Source: a virus | Virus record (IMG/VR): IMGVR_UViG_3300032164_000003 | Coordinates: 1 to 64,000 of that record | Direction: 5' to 3' (one strand) | Length of the DNA stretch: 64,000 bases | Part shown: one piece after another, positions 25,617 to 34,199 of the stretch | Layout of the letters: every line of letters begins with the position of its first letter | How positions within the stretch are numbered: position 1 is the stretch's first letter | Program-made: the position numbers and the translations under genes | The notes under the pieces: model-generated | What the model was told of the DNA's origin: nothing | The model's input: the letters and a program-made list of their open reading frames with translations, nothing else | The model's database searches: none

Positions 25617-26692
25617 TGAAGGTAGTTACGGCAAGTCTTTTCCAATTTTTGCCGATCCAGGCCAAAATCATCATCATCTAATATAATACTCAGTTCCTCA
25701 GAGAGATTCTTGGCCTTGGCTACCTTTTCTATAGATTTCCTTGGTGCACACTCTGGAATAGGATCATTTTCAAGAACTACTTCTAGACAATGCTCGCCCA
25801 GTTCCTTCTTTATATAAGGTTGGTTTAGTGATGACCATACGGACAAAGGCAATGTAAATTTCAGTTTTACTAGGTTCCCCGCCGGAAATGTTTTCTTTAT
25901 GAAGTCTATAACTGACCGCTCAGTATCTACGCCCTCTTTGAAAGTTACAGCAACATTTATCTTTTTTGGAAGGACAAGGCGGTGCCGCTTTATTTTGACT
26001 ATATTCTTGTCGATTGAAACAACCAGGAGCCCGTCTTCATCCACGTATGACTTTTGAACGGGTGGCCCAGGATACCAGCATTTTCTAGCTACGCGCATGC
26101 ACCTGTGTATGTCGCCTAATGCGATGTAGGATGCCCCAGTGCGTTTGAGAAGCGCTGCAATCTCCTCCTCTACTCCAGGAGGTTGTTTGGACAGATCTTT
26201 GAAATCCATTCCTGGGATCATGTCGTGCCATGCCAAAACAAGCGGACGCCCGGACGTAGCAGTTACCTCTGGATCAAGTACCCCCCATTCCCACATTACA
26301 GCGAGATCGAAGTCTTTGAACGCAAAGAATTGTCCTGGCTCAAGTACATGTATATCTACTTTTCCCGGGGCGTACGTATTGATTATGTCTTTTATTATGC
26401 GAAGATACTTCAGGGAATGGTACTTCTTATCTTTGGTTGTATAGTCATGGTTTCCAACAACGAATATGAATGTAATGTTCCGGTTAAGATACTTTGACAG
26501 TTGCCGGATAAGTTGATCCTTTATCTTTTGATCTGGATTTGGTTTGTCAAATACGTCTCCGACAACAAGAATGTACTCGCAGTTTTCTCTGACTGCTAGC
26601 TTAATTAATTTTGGTATTGTCTTTAGTTGATAAACGGGGTGCGCCCCAGGCGCACCCCGATGCCAGTCAGCTGTATGCAGGATCCGAAACAT
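25613..26692 (-). CDS. SbcD/Mre11/gp47-like metallophosphoesterase nuclease
   Basis: HTADWH, VGDVFD, GNHD, LGDIH; adjacent to the SbcC-like gene. Confidence 0.9.
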   Translation of the reverse strand: MFRILHTADWHRGAPGAHPVYQLKTIPKLIKLAVRENCEYILVVGDVFDKPNPDQKIKDQLIRQLSKYLNRNITFIFVVGNHDYTTKDKKYHSLKYLRIIKDIINTYAPGKVDIHVLEPGQFFAFKDFDLAVMWEWGVLDPEVTATSGRPLVLAWHDMIPGMDFKDLSKQPPGVEEEIAALLKRTGASYIALGDIHRCMRVARKCWYPGPPVQKSYVDEDGLLVVSIDKNIVKIKRHRLVLPKKINVAVTFKEGVDTERSVIDFIKKTFPAGNLVKLKFTLPLSVWSSLNQPYIKKELGEHCLEVVLENDPIPECAPRKSIEKVAKAKNLSEELSIILDDDDFGLDRQKLEKTCRNYLQ

Positions 26693-26710
26693 TATGCGGG
26701 AACGCGGGCA

Positions 26711-27439
26711 CTACTCTTCGTCGTCGTCGTCTGTAGTTTCGAAATCGAACGGGTCCTCTTCCTCCTCATCCTTCTTTACCTTCTTGCCTGGCTTCTTAGA
26801 GGATTCTTTTGGCGGAGCTTCATCCTCTTCCTCTTCCTCTTCCTCATCGTCGTCTTTCTTGGCTGGCTTCTTTACGACCTTCTTGGCTGGCTTCTTTACT
26901 TCTTCCTCTTCTTCAGCCTCTTCTTCAGCCTCTTCTTCAGCCTCTTCCTCTTCCGTGTCTTCCTCTTCTTCCTTGGCCGGCTTTTTGGCTACCTTGTGCT
27001 TCGGCTTCTCTTCCTCGTCGTCCTCTTCCTCTTCCGAATCATCAGCCGGTGCAGCTGCGCCCTTGAGTTGGCTTATCCGAACAATCTTGGACCATGTACG
27101 GCCTTCCTTGTCTTCCTCGTCCTCCAGCTTGATCATTACAACTGCTTTCAAGCACTTTTCCAGGTCAATCTCTTCCTTCGTTACATCCAAGCCGCAGGCG
27201 CGCGCCCACTTGTATAGCTTAGATAGCTCGGAGAACTTAGCAGAGGTTAATCCTGTAACCCTTACCTTGCCCTCTAGGGGCTTGTCTTCGTTGGTGGCAT
27301 TCTTTACCAGGAAGGTCCACTGATAGAAGGTGCCATCATCGAACTTACCGCCGGATTTCTCCTCAATGTTTGCTACCACAGCCTTGTACTTTCCTTCATC
27401 CACGTGCACGTTCTGCGTCTTCTTGATCTTCATTGCCAT
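26711..27439 (-). CDS. putative single-stranded DNA-binding protein with long acidic/KKPAK tail
   Basis: Beta-rich N-terminal half (EGKYKAVV..WTF), E/D-rich tail ending DPFDFETTDDDDEE; recombination context. Confidence 0.6.
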   Translation of the reverse strand: MAMKIKKTQNVHVDEGKYKAVVANIEEKSGGKFDDGTFYQWTFLVKNATNEDKPLEGKVRVTGLTSAKFSELSKLYKWARACGLDVTKEEIDLEKCLKAVVMIKLEDEEDKEGRTWSKIVRISQLKGAAAPADDSEEEEDDEEEKPKHKVAKKPAKEEEEDTEEEEAEEEAEEEAEEEEEVKKPAKKVVKKPAKKDDDEEEEEEEDEAPPKESSKKPGKKVKKDEEEEDPFDFETTDDDDEE

Positions 27440-27451
27440 GTTACTGTTCTC

Positions 27452-28033
27452 CTATCTGTGGGTTACTTGTTCAAGAGACAATGCTTTTACTTGTTTACCT
27501 AGCGTAGTCAGTACCGATGTCAAATCCTTTTTCTTGGTTTCTATCATAAGCATGAAGCTCTGCGATTCGTCCAACTTGTCTTGGAATTTTCTTAGTGTCC
27601 GTCTCTCCTTCCCAACTGCATTCTTTACTGCCGCAGTTGCTTTCATGTTCGTCATTTCTGCAATATCTTCCCTTCCCAGCAATCTGTATTCTTTGTCCTC
27701 TATGTAGCCATCCATAAGATTTACTAGCCGCTTCCATCTGGAATGATTGTCTATCGCGTTTACCTCTATAGCGGTAACCCGTGATGACCATGATTGCGCA
27801 ATTGCATAAAGCTTGTTTATTGACGATAGATCCTTGAAATCTGGGCTGTGCGGAAGCTCTACAAGATATCCCTGTATCTCGTCTTTCTCGGACCGGTAAT
27901 TTGGGCATGCTGACTTAGCAATCTTATACTCTTCCTTGATCAAGGATACCTTGTCCTTTTCGTTCATGTCCTCTGGATCGTCGCTAAGAGTGGCATCCAT
28001 GGGCTTTTTCTTTACAACCATTTTACTACTCAT
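27452..28033 (-). CDS. helical protein, possibly UvsY-like recombination mediator
   Basis: Coiled-coil character and position between SSB-like gene and recA; function is inference. Confidence 0.45.
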   Translation of the reverse strand: MSSKMVVKKKPMDATLSDDPEDMNEKDKVSLIKEEYKIAKSACPNYRSEKDEIQGYLVELPHSPDFKDLSSINKLYAIAQSWSSRVTAIEVNAIDNHSRWKRLVNLMDGYIEDKEYRLLGREDIAEMTNMKATAAVKNAVGKERRTLRKFQDKLDESQSFMLMIETKKKDLTSVLTTLGKQVKALSLEQVTHR

Positions 28034-28319
28034 CTAGCACCTTCTCTGCATCTCGCTCATTTTGCTGGCTTTGTACGGCATGTTTTATTCCTAAAAGTAT
28101 TTCCTTAATAACCGCATCAAGTTTTATTGCCCGTCGAATGTCTGTTTGCGTGGCAAGATACGCAGCCTTCGCTAAATTCTTATCGATCAGATCTGCATCC
28201 TCTTTCTTTATAGCGCCGTCTGTATCTTCTGCATATTGTGTTCCGAAACTTACCGAGGCTATATCACCGTTTGGAAACTTATGAGAAAAGGTTGCATCGA
28301 AATGTTTCTCAATCTTCAC
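28026..28319 (-). CDS. hypothetical protein
   Basis: 97-aa ORF coupled to both neighbours. Confidence 0.6.
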   Translation of the reverse strand: MKIEKHFDATFSHKFPNGDIASVSFGTQYAEDTDGAIKKEDADLIDKNLAKAAYLATQTDIRRAIKLDAVIKEILLGIKHAVQSQQNERDAEKVLDE

Positions 28320-30375
28320 TGGTTGCCCTTTCTATCTTTATATCGGCAATGATAGACTCGTAGGTGTCTCGGTTTTCTTTCAGCACTGTTATAGCCCCAA
28401 CCTTGCCCTTACCTAGCAAGTCACCCTTGTAATAATACTTCGTTCCTCGGAGTTCTACGATATCTTTTTCTTCGGCCATAGCAAGTAGTTCTGCTTCTTT
28501 ACTAAAGCCGCTGCCAAATATAAGGTCTGTTTGGATCACCTTGAATGGGGGAGCAAGTTTATTCTTTACGATCTTTACCTGAACGCGGTTTCCCACAATC
28601 TTTTCCTTTAGTTTCAGGCTTCCTATACGCCGAATGTCCACGCGAACACTGGCGTAGAACTTTAGCGCGTTGCCGCCGGATGTCGTTTCTGGATTGCCAA
28701 ACATTACTCCAATTTTGTGCCGTACTTGATTAATAAAGATGGCCAGCGTCCCAGTCCGCGCGACAGGTGTACTTATTTTACGCATGCCTTGGCCCATCAA
28801 CCTGGCCTGTGCGCCCATCTGGGCATCACCCATGTTTCCGTCAATCTCAGACTGTGGAGTGAGCGCGGACACAGAGTCAATGACCGCGACGTCGAACTTA
28901 CCAGAAGAAACAGCCATCTCAAAGATTTCTAGGGCCTGTTCCCCAGAGTCCGGCTGACTGATAACAAGCTTTGCCGGGTCTACCCCAATCTTCATGGCAA
29001 GATTCATATCTAATGCATGTTCTGCATCGATAAAGATAGCTTGTCCACCTGCTCTCTGCGCCTCCGCGATGCAATGGAGAGCTAGCGTAGTATTATGTGT
29101 GACTATAAAATCGTCTGTAATGTAAAGGTGGTCAGGATCGTCTATTAATATGCAGCTGGCTTCTTTTTTTCCAACTGGAATTATGTCTGTTATCCACCTA
29201 TTTAAGTAGTCACACTTTGCAGTACTTCTGTTATTAAGAAGTACATTTTTCTTCCTGGACAAGCGGAAGGGCATTAGATTATGGGGAAGCATGATTATAA
29301 TACGATACGCTCGCTTACCCGAAACACACGCCCCGGCTTTTATGTAATGTGTTTTCTTTGTGGCTACATTTACTTTACCGCCTAAACTGCGTACGATATG
29401 TGTTACACCATCTTTTAACCATGGGCTGGTAGTAATGTACTCTAGCGATTGATGCGCCTTGCAAATGTGCCCATCAGTGTCAAGGAGCCCCTGTAATACT
29501 GCAAGGCGATCTTCTACTGAGGAGTACAAATAACAATCTGGTATAAACTTAACTGGGGATGTATGATTGTGTAAGTTTAATTCCTCTAGTATATTTCTTA
29601 GTGGTGCCTTTTCGTGCGATCTTGTTTTTTTTGATATACTGTAATCATACTTAGACACCTGGGTTACTTTTTGATTAGTGCTCATTGCATAATCTACTAT
29701 GGCGTCCACAATTTCTGCATCTGTGGTGCTCATTCTGATTGTAGCATTTCTAAAACAACCATCACCAAGTAGCAAGCCAAGTATATATGGATCTAATGGC
29801 AACTCCTTTTTCGGAAAATTTATAGGTGACACCATTGGAATATAGTATTTAAATCTGTCGGTTAACTTAAAATCGATCATTAGTTCGGTAAGCGGTAGAA
29901 CGCGCCACAAATCATTTTCTTTATCATCCCAAGTTTGAACGGCCCACAGGTGATCTCTACAGCATTCTGTGCTGCTTCCATCAGAGAAAACAACTTTGAA
30001 AATTTCTTTTTCTCCCTGCGGAAATACACCAAGTACTACTGATGGCTTTCCGCTAGAAGAAAATACGATGCTTCCTGGAAACAGGTCCCTTATAGTTTTC
30101 CACCCACGCGGAGTTAGCACCTTGGAATCTAGCGGTTGCGCTTTTCCACCCCCCTCAGGTCCGTATATTTCTACGATCCTGCCTCGCGGGAACCCGCCGA
30201 TTCCTAGGGCCTCGTCAACCCAAAACGAACCGGTAGATATTACATCCACTCTCTCTGTGGACATATCATCCATTTTACGAACGCATGCTTTACCATGCTT
30301 CTTTTGAATCTCGTACAGGATTTCATCGATGGACTTATCTGTGAGATCTGCCTTTGGTACTCTCTTTTTTGCCAC
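28309..30375 (-). CDS. recA: RecA recombinase with intein in the P-loop
   Basis: GGFPRGRIVEIYGPEGGGK|TTLAL, FIDAEHALD, QPDSGEQ, IDSV, QARLMGQ, FINQ, ETTSGGNALKFYASVR; GTG start after AAGGAG. Confidence 0.95.
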   Translation of the reverse strand: MAKKRVPKADLTDKSIDEILYEIQKKHGKACVRKMDDMSTERVDVISTGSFWVDEALGIGGFPRGRIVEIYGPEGGGKAQPLDSKVLTPRGWKTIRDLFPGSIVFSSSGKPSVVLGVFPQGEKEIFKVVFSDGSSTECCRDHLWAVQTWDDKENDLWRVLPLTELMIDFKLTDRFKYYIPMVSPINFPKKELPLDPYILGLLLGDGCFRNATIRMSTTDAEIVDAIVDYAMSTNQKVTQVSKYDYSISKKTRSHEKAPLRNILEELNLHNHTSPVKFIPDCYLYSSVEDRLAVLQGLLDTDGHICKAHQSLEYITTSPWLKDGVTHIVRSLGGKVNVATKKTHYIKAGACVSGKRAYRIIIMLPHNLMPFRLSRKKNVLLNNRSTAKCDYLNRWITDIIPVGKKEASCILIDDPDHLYITDDFIVTHNTTLALHCIAEAQRAGGQAIFIDAEHALDMNLAMKIGVDPAKLVISQPDSGEQALEIFEMAVSSGKFDVAVIDSVSALTPQSEIDGNMGDAQMGAQARLMGQGMRKISTPVARTGTLAIFINQVRHKIGVMFGNPETTSGGNALKFYASVRVDIRRIGSLKLKEKIVGNRVQVKIVKNKLAPPFKVIQTDLIFGSGFSKEAELLAMAEEKDIVELRGTKYYYKGDLLGKGKVGAITVLKENRDTYESIIADIKIERATSED
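29092..30141 (-). mobile_element. class-3-type intein (350 aa; Ala1, W-C-T triad) with LAGLIDADG endonuclease
   Basis: Starts AQPLDS; DHLW (block B Trp); ASCILID (block F Cys); IVTHN (block G Thr) followed by T; LGLLLGDG and LQGLLDTDG. Confidence 0.88.
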
Positions 30376-30388
30376 GGTGCGCTCCTTT

Positions 30389-33300
30389 TTATAATTCAAC
30401 GACTTCCAAAGTTCCCAGTGTGGTTCCAATCTCGAAGTCCAGTTTCATCTTGCACAAAAACCCAGGAAAAGCAGTCGCGACAACTTTATTCATAACATTG
30501 ATCAAAGATTCTTCCTGTCCCTTTTTTACTTGAATCACATTAGCGTCGTGAATGGTTGTCATAGGATAACAAGTTATACCTTCTTTCTTTGCTAACCGAA
30601 GGGTCATTACCATGTAGTGATTATTCATATCAGAGGCGAGCCCTTGGATTGGACTATTCCGAGCTTGGCGCTCTGCTTCTGCCTGCACCATCTTGTCATA
30701 ACTGTCGATCTCTGGTAGCCTTCTAATACGACCCATCCATGTTTTAACTGTCTTGTATTCATGCGCCTGCTGCACTTGCTTATCCAACCAAATTGAGGCG
30801 TCAGGATACTTTTGGAAGAATAGATCGCGCACTGCTTCTGCCTCGTCCTCAGTTATCCCGTATTGTTTAGCAATGGCCTTTACACCACGCCCATACATTA
30901 ATCCAAACACGCAATCGAGTGTATAAAAACCATTGGCTACCATAACCTTATCACCTGTTGTAACAAAGTCGTACACAGGCAATTTACCAATATGTTTTAT
31001 CGCAGTTATTTTAACAGAATAAATATTATTTTTTACCAATGTGTCTATTGTACTGTTAATCCCAAAACAATACTTCCTTAGAAAAGAATGTGTTAATTTC
31101 TTTCTGATTTTAATTCCATACCGTACATCACAATTAGTATGGTGTGTCCGATAAAATTGGTTAACATTATGCAAAAACTTCCTTCCACGATTCTGTCTAG
31201 GGTATGCCCATCCTTTTGGTACATGCACACCAACCGTGTCCACCAACAGTGCCAATTCGTCAGTATTGGTGATTTGTATATTGTAAAATACGCGTCCATG
31301 GTTTGGGTGTTCAATAGCTATTTTGGGATATATGCCAAACCCACGTAACAATAAACACAGGGCGTCACATGTGTCTCGGCAAACAGTTCCAGCGCATGCC
31401 CTGTCCCATTTAAACGTGCCGTCCCCCAAAAAGTATCCTTGTAAAAAGGCTTTTTGAACATCCGTTGGAGACATAATAATCTTGTCTGGAAATGTTTTAA
31501 ATCCTTTCTTATTTCCTGGAGTCATTCCAAGGTACTTCAAAAATTCAACAAACTCTAAGGAGGTTACAGCCCAAGTAACAAGGCCATTACGTTTGTCAAT
31601 ATATCGCTTAACTCTGGCACCAAATATTTTTTTGCTCAAAACATCAATCATGTTCACAAATTTGCCCTTTTGACACCACCGTACATAAACATGTCTAGTC
31701 CTGGTATTTATAGAGCCCTCTGCCAAAATAAAACCCAACAGGTACCCTAATTCCGGAGTTAGTACCCAGCGCCTAAAGATAGGCTTGAAAGATGTTCTTC
31801 TGTCGCCTACAAAACTCCAAGTAATGTACTTCTTTTGTTTGTTCCGTGGTGTGCAAGATAATATGTAGTCCCCATTGGATAGTTCAGATAATTTCTTAGT
31901 GATCACATTACCATGTACATCGATTACATAAAATGGGTGATTGGCTGTACATTTTATGCTGCCACATTCAGTGTCCACCAAATAAACATTGTCTAGTTTA
32001 GTAACTGTTTTCAGAACAGTTTGGCGACGATTAAGATGATCTAAAACAATATCGCCCTTGTTAATACTGTTTATCTGTCTTAGACCGACACTTGTAGGTA
32101 TCCAGGTATCCCCCGAAACACAATTTTTCGCGGCGGTGCGTTGTTCCTTTGTGACAGCATCCTCCGTTGTGCCAAATATCTCTGCAGCAATCTTGCGATG
32201 GATGTCCAAGCCTGCTTCAATATCTGCGATCATCTGTGCATCTTCAGAATAGTGCGCCCAGCACCGGAACTCTGCTTGGGCAAGGTCTGACTTTACTATG
32301 GTCATCCCCGGATCTGCCAAGAAGCATTCTTTCAAATCAGCTGCGTTTCTAGGGATGTTTTGGAAGTTGGGGTTTTGACTAGCGATACGACCAGTTACAG
32401 TGCGGTGCTGCATATACCCGGGGTGCACGCGTCCATCAAACTTTGACTTACTGTAAATAGACTTAATGTAAGTTGAAAGGAACTTGGTCAATTGCCGGTA
32501 TTCTATAATCTGCTTTGCCAGATTTACATTATCTTCGCTAGCAAGGAGCTTTAATGTTTCTTCGTTAGTGCTATAGTCCCCTTTTCCAGTTTTATTTTCT
32601 GTTTCAAGCCCCATCATGTCAAAGAATATCTCTCGTAATTGCTTAGTAGACCCCGGGTTGAAGACCCAGTCATCTTCTTTTATTCTAATCTTAGTGTAAT
32701 CTGAAGCACAGGGAAAGCGCCCGCGCAATGTTTTAGATTGTTCCCACTTCGCCTCTAACATCTTGGAGGCGCGCATGTAGCGGATCTTCTGGTATTTACC
32801 TACTTCTTTATTCTCCATTATCGCAGCTAGGGCATTCCGAACCTTTGCAGTATATTTTTTACCAAGCTTCTTTAGCTTTTTGCGATCAACGAGTATGCCG
32901 TGATACTCCATCTTTAGCAGAACCCATAATGTAGGGATCGTGTATGTGTTATAGAAATCTAGAAGGTTTTGCCGGAGCAATTCTTTTCTGAATTTTATAA
33001 ACAAGCGGAACGTTGCGTCTCCGTCGCACTGGGCGTACGAGGAAAGTATAGAATAAGGAATGCGACTATATGTATAGTCATCCTTATTTATTTTATTCTT
33101 CTTCATGTCCTCTTTTTTGAAGTCTTCTAAATCTACCCAATACTCTCCCATGTCTAGATAGCGTAGAGTTAGCGTATCCAGTGACTTGTCTCGAAGATTT
33201 TCATTGAGTAAAGCAATCGCAGGTAGACAGTCAAAGATCGGATTCTTTACTCTTATCCCATTCGCGAGCAAAACCTGTATATCAAACTTAAGGTTATGTC

Positions 33301-34123
33301 CTACCTTGAGCTTCCCTTTAGCAGCAAGTATTCTTTGCAAACGATCCAGTTGTTGTGGTGTAAGTCTGTCCCAGCGGATAGTTACACCGAGCCCAATCGT
33401 CCAAGAAAATGATATAAGTAGTATTTTTGCGTCGTGTGGATTTAGTGATGTTGTCTCTAAGTCGAAAGCGAATTCATCGGCTCGTTCTAGAGCACGCAAT
33501 ACCGCATTTATTTGCTCCGGTGTCTTTGCATCGATATGTCTTGTCTGTACCTTGTCTTTCGCTCCCTTAACTTCCCCGTGCGCAGTCGATTCTCTCTTTA
33601 TTATTTCCAGACCCTTTTTAAGATCTGCCTCGGCAGAAGGATTTCTTAGAACATACGCAGGATGTACAACTGGCACTACCTTGACGTTGAATTCCTTACT
33701 GAATAGAACATTGTTCTGTATCTTAGTTATTCCTGTGCGTTTAAGGACTGCGTCAAGAGCTATATTCCCAATAACTCCAATTACATTTGGTTTGATCTTA
33801 TTTATTTCAGCTATCAGATATTCTCGGCAAAGTGCTATTTCTAGCTTTGCTGGTTTCTGATTTTCATCCGGAGTCGCACACTTTATGGCGTTAGTTATAT
33901 AAACTTGATCGCGATCTATGCCGACCTCTGCGAATAAGTCGGTAAGAACCTCACCGGACGCCCCAATGAATGGGATTCCTTTCCGATCTTCTTCCTGCCC
34001 CGGCGCTTCTCCTATAAACATTATCTTAGCGTCGGTCGGCCCAACACCGCGCAGTTTAGGAGAACAAATGTCAGCTGATTTGCGGGTGCACTTCTCAGAA
34101 CAACCATGACGTGGATCTGCCAT
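30389..34123 (-). CDS. polA: family A DNA polymerase with N-terminal family-4 uracil-DNA glycosylase-like domain (SPO1-type), 3'-5' exonuclease and intein
   Basis: GEAPGQEED..PFIGASG and HPAYVLR; DLETT, HNLKFD, YAQCD; TVTGR..NPNFQNIP, DLAQAEFR, R..AKN|CVFGLMYG, NSPIQG, IHDA. Confidence 0.93.
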   Translation of the reverse strand: MADPRHGCSEKCTRKSADICSPKLRGVGPTDAKIMFIGEAPGQEEDRKGIPFIGASGEVLTDLFAEVGIDRDQVYITNAIKCATPDENQKPAKLEIALCREYLIAEINKIKPNVIGVIGNIALDAVLKRTGITKIQNNVLFSKEFNVKVVPVVHPAYVLRNPSAEADLKKGLEIIKRESTAHGEVKGAKDKVQTRHIDAKTPEQINAVLRALERADEFAFDLETTSLNPHDAKILLISFSWTIGLGVTIRWDRLTPQQLDRLQRILAAKGKLKVGHNLKFDIQVLLANGIRVKNPIFDCLPAIALLNENLRDKSLDTLTLRYLDMGEYWVDLEDFKKEDMKKNKINKDDYTYSRIPYSILSSYAQCDGDATFRLFIKFRKELLRQNLLDFYNTYTIPTLWVLLKMEYHGILVDRKKLKKLGKKYTAKVRNALAAIMENKEVGKYQKIRYMRASKMLEAKWEQSKTLRGRFPCASDYTKIRIKEDDWVFNPGSTKQLREIFFDMMGLETENKTGKGDYSTNEETLKLLASEDNVNLAKQIIEYRQLTKFLSTYIKSIYSKSKFDGRVHPGYMQHRTVTGRIASQNPNFQNIPRNAADLKECFLADPGMTIVKSDLAQAEFRCWAHYSEDAQMIADIEAGLDIHRKIAAEIFGTTEDAVTKEQRTAAKNCVSGDTWIPTSVGLRQINSINKGDIVLDHLNRRQTVLKTVTKLDNVYLVDTECGSIKCTANHPFYVIDVHGNVITKKLSELSNGDYILSCTPRNKQKKYITWSFVGDRRTSFKPIFRRWVLTPELGYLLGFILAEGSINTRTRHVYVRWCQKGKFVNMIDVLSKKIFGARVKRYIDKRNGLVTWAVTSLEFVEFLKYLGMTPGNKKGFKTFPDKIIMSPTDVQKAFLQGYFLGDGTFKWDRACAGTVCRDTCDALCLLLRGFGIYPKIAIEHPNHGRVFYNIQITNTDELALLVDTVGVHVPKGWAYPRQNRGRKFLHNVNQFYRTHHTNCDVRYGIKIRKKLTHSFLRKYCFGINSTIDTLVKNNIYSVKITAIKHIGKLPVYDFVTTGDKVMVANGFYTLDCVFGLMYGRGVKAIAKQYGITEDEAEAVRDLFFQKYPDASIWLDKQVQQAHEYKTVKTWMGRIRRLPEIDSYDKMVQAEAERQARNSPIQGLASDMNNHYMVMTLRLAKKEGITCYPMTTIHDANVIQVKKGQEESLINVMNKVVATAFPGFLCKMKLDFEIGTTLGTLEVVEL
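30914..32122 (-). mobile_element. intein (403 aa) with LAGLIDADG endonuclease and atypical C-terminal Leu-Asp
   Basis: Starts CVSGDT, CTANHPF, LGFILAEG, LQGYFLGDG, VYDF..., ends ANGFYTLD followed by C. Confidence 0.85.
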
Positions 34124-34199
34124 GGTTGTATTATACTTGAAGGCTTGGAAGTTTTTGGGAGCTTATAGAACTATTAGCGGAAGGATCAGCTTGCGGGTC

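Noticed and set aside
26627-27323. Plus-strand Ser-rich and Phe/Leu-rich ORFs
   Set aside because: Antisense shadows of the GAA/GAG-rich acidic tail of 26711..27439.
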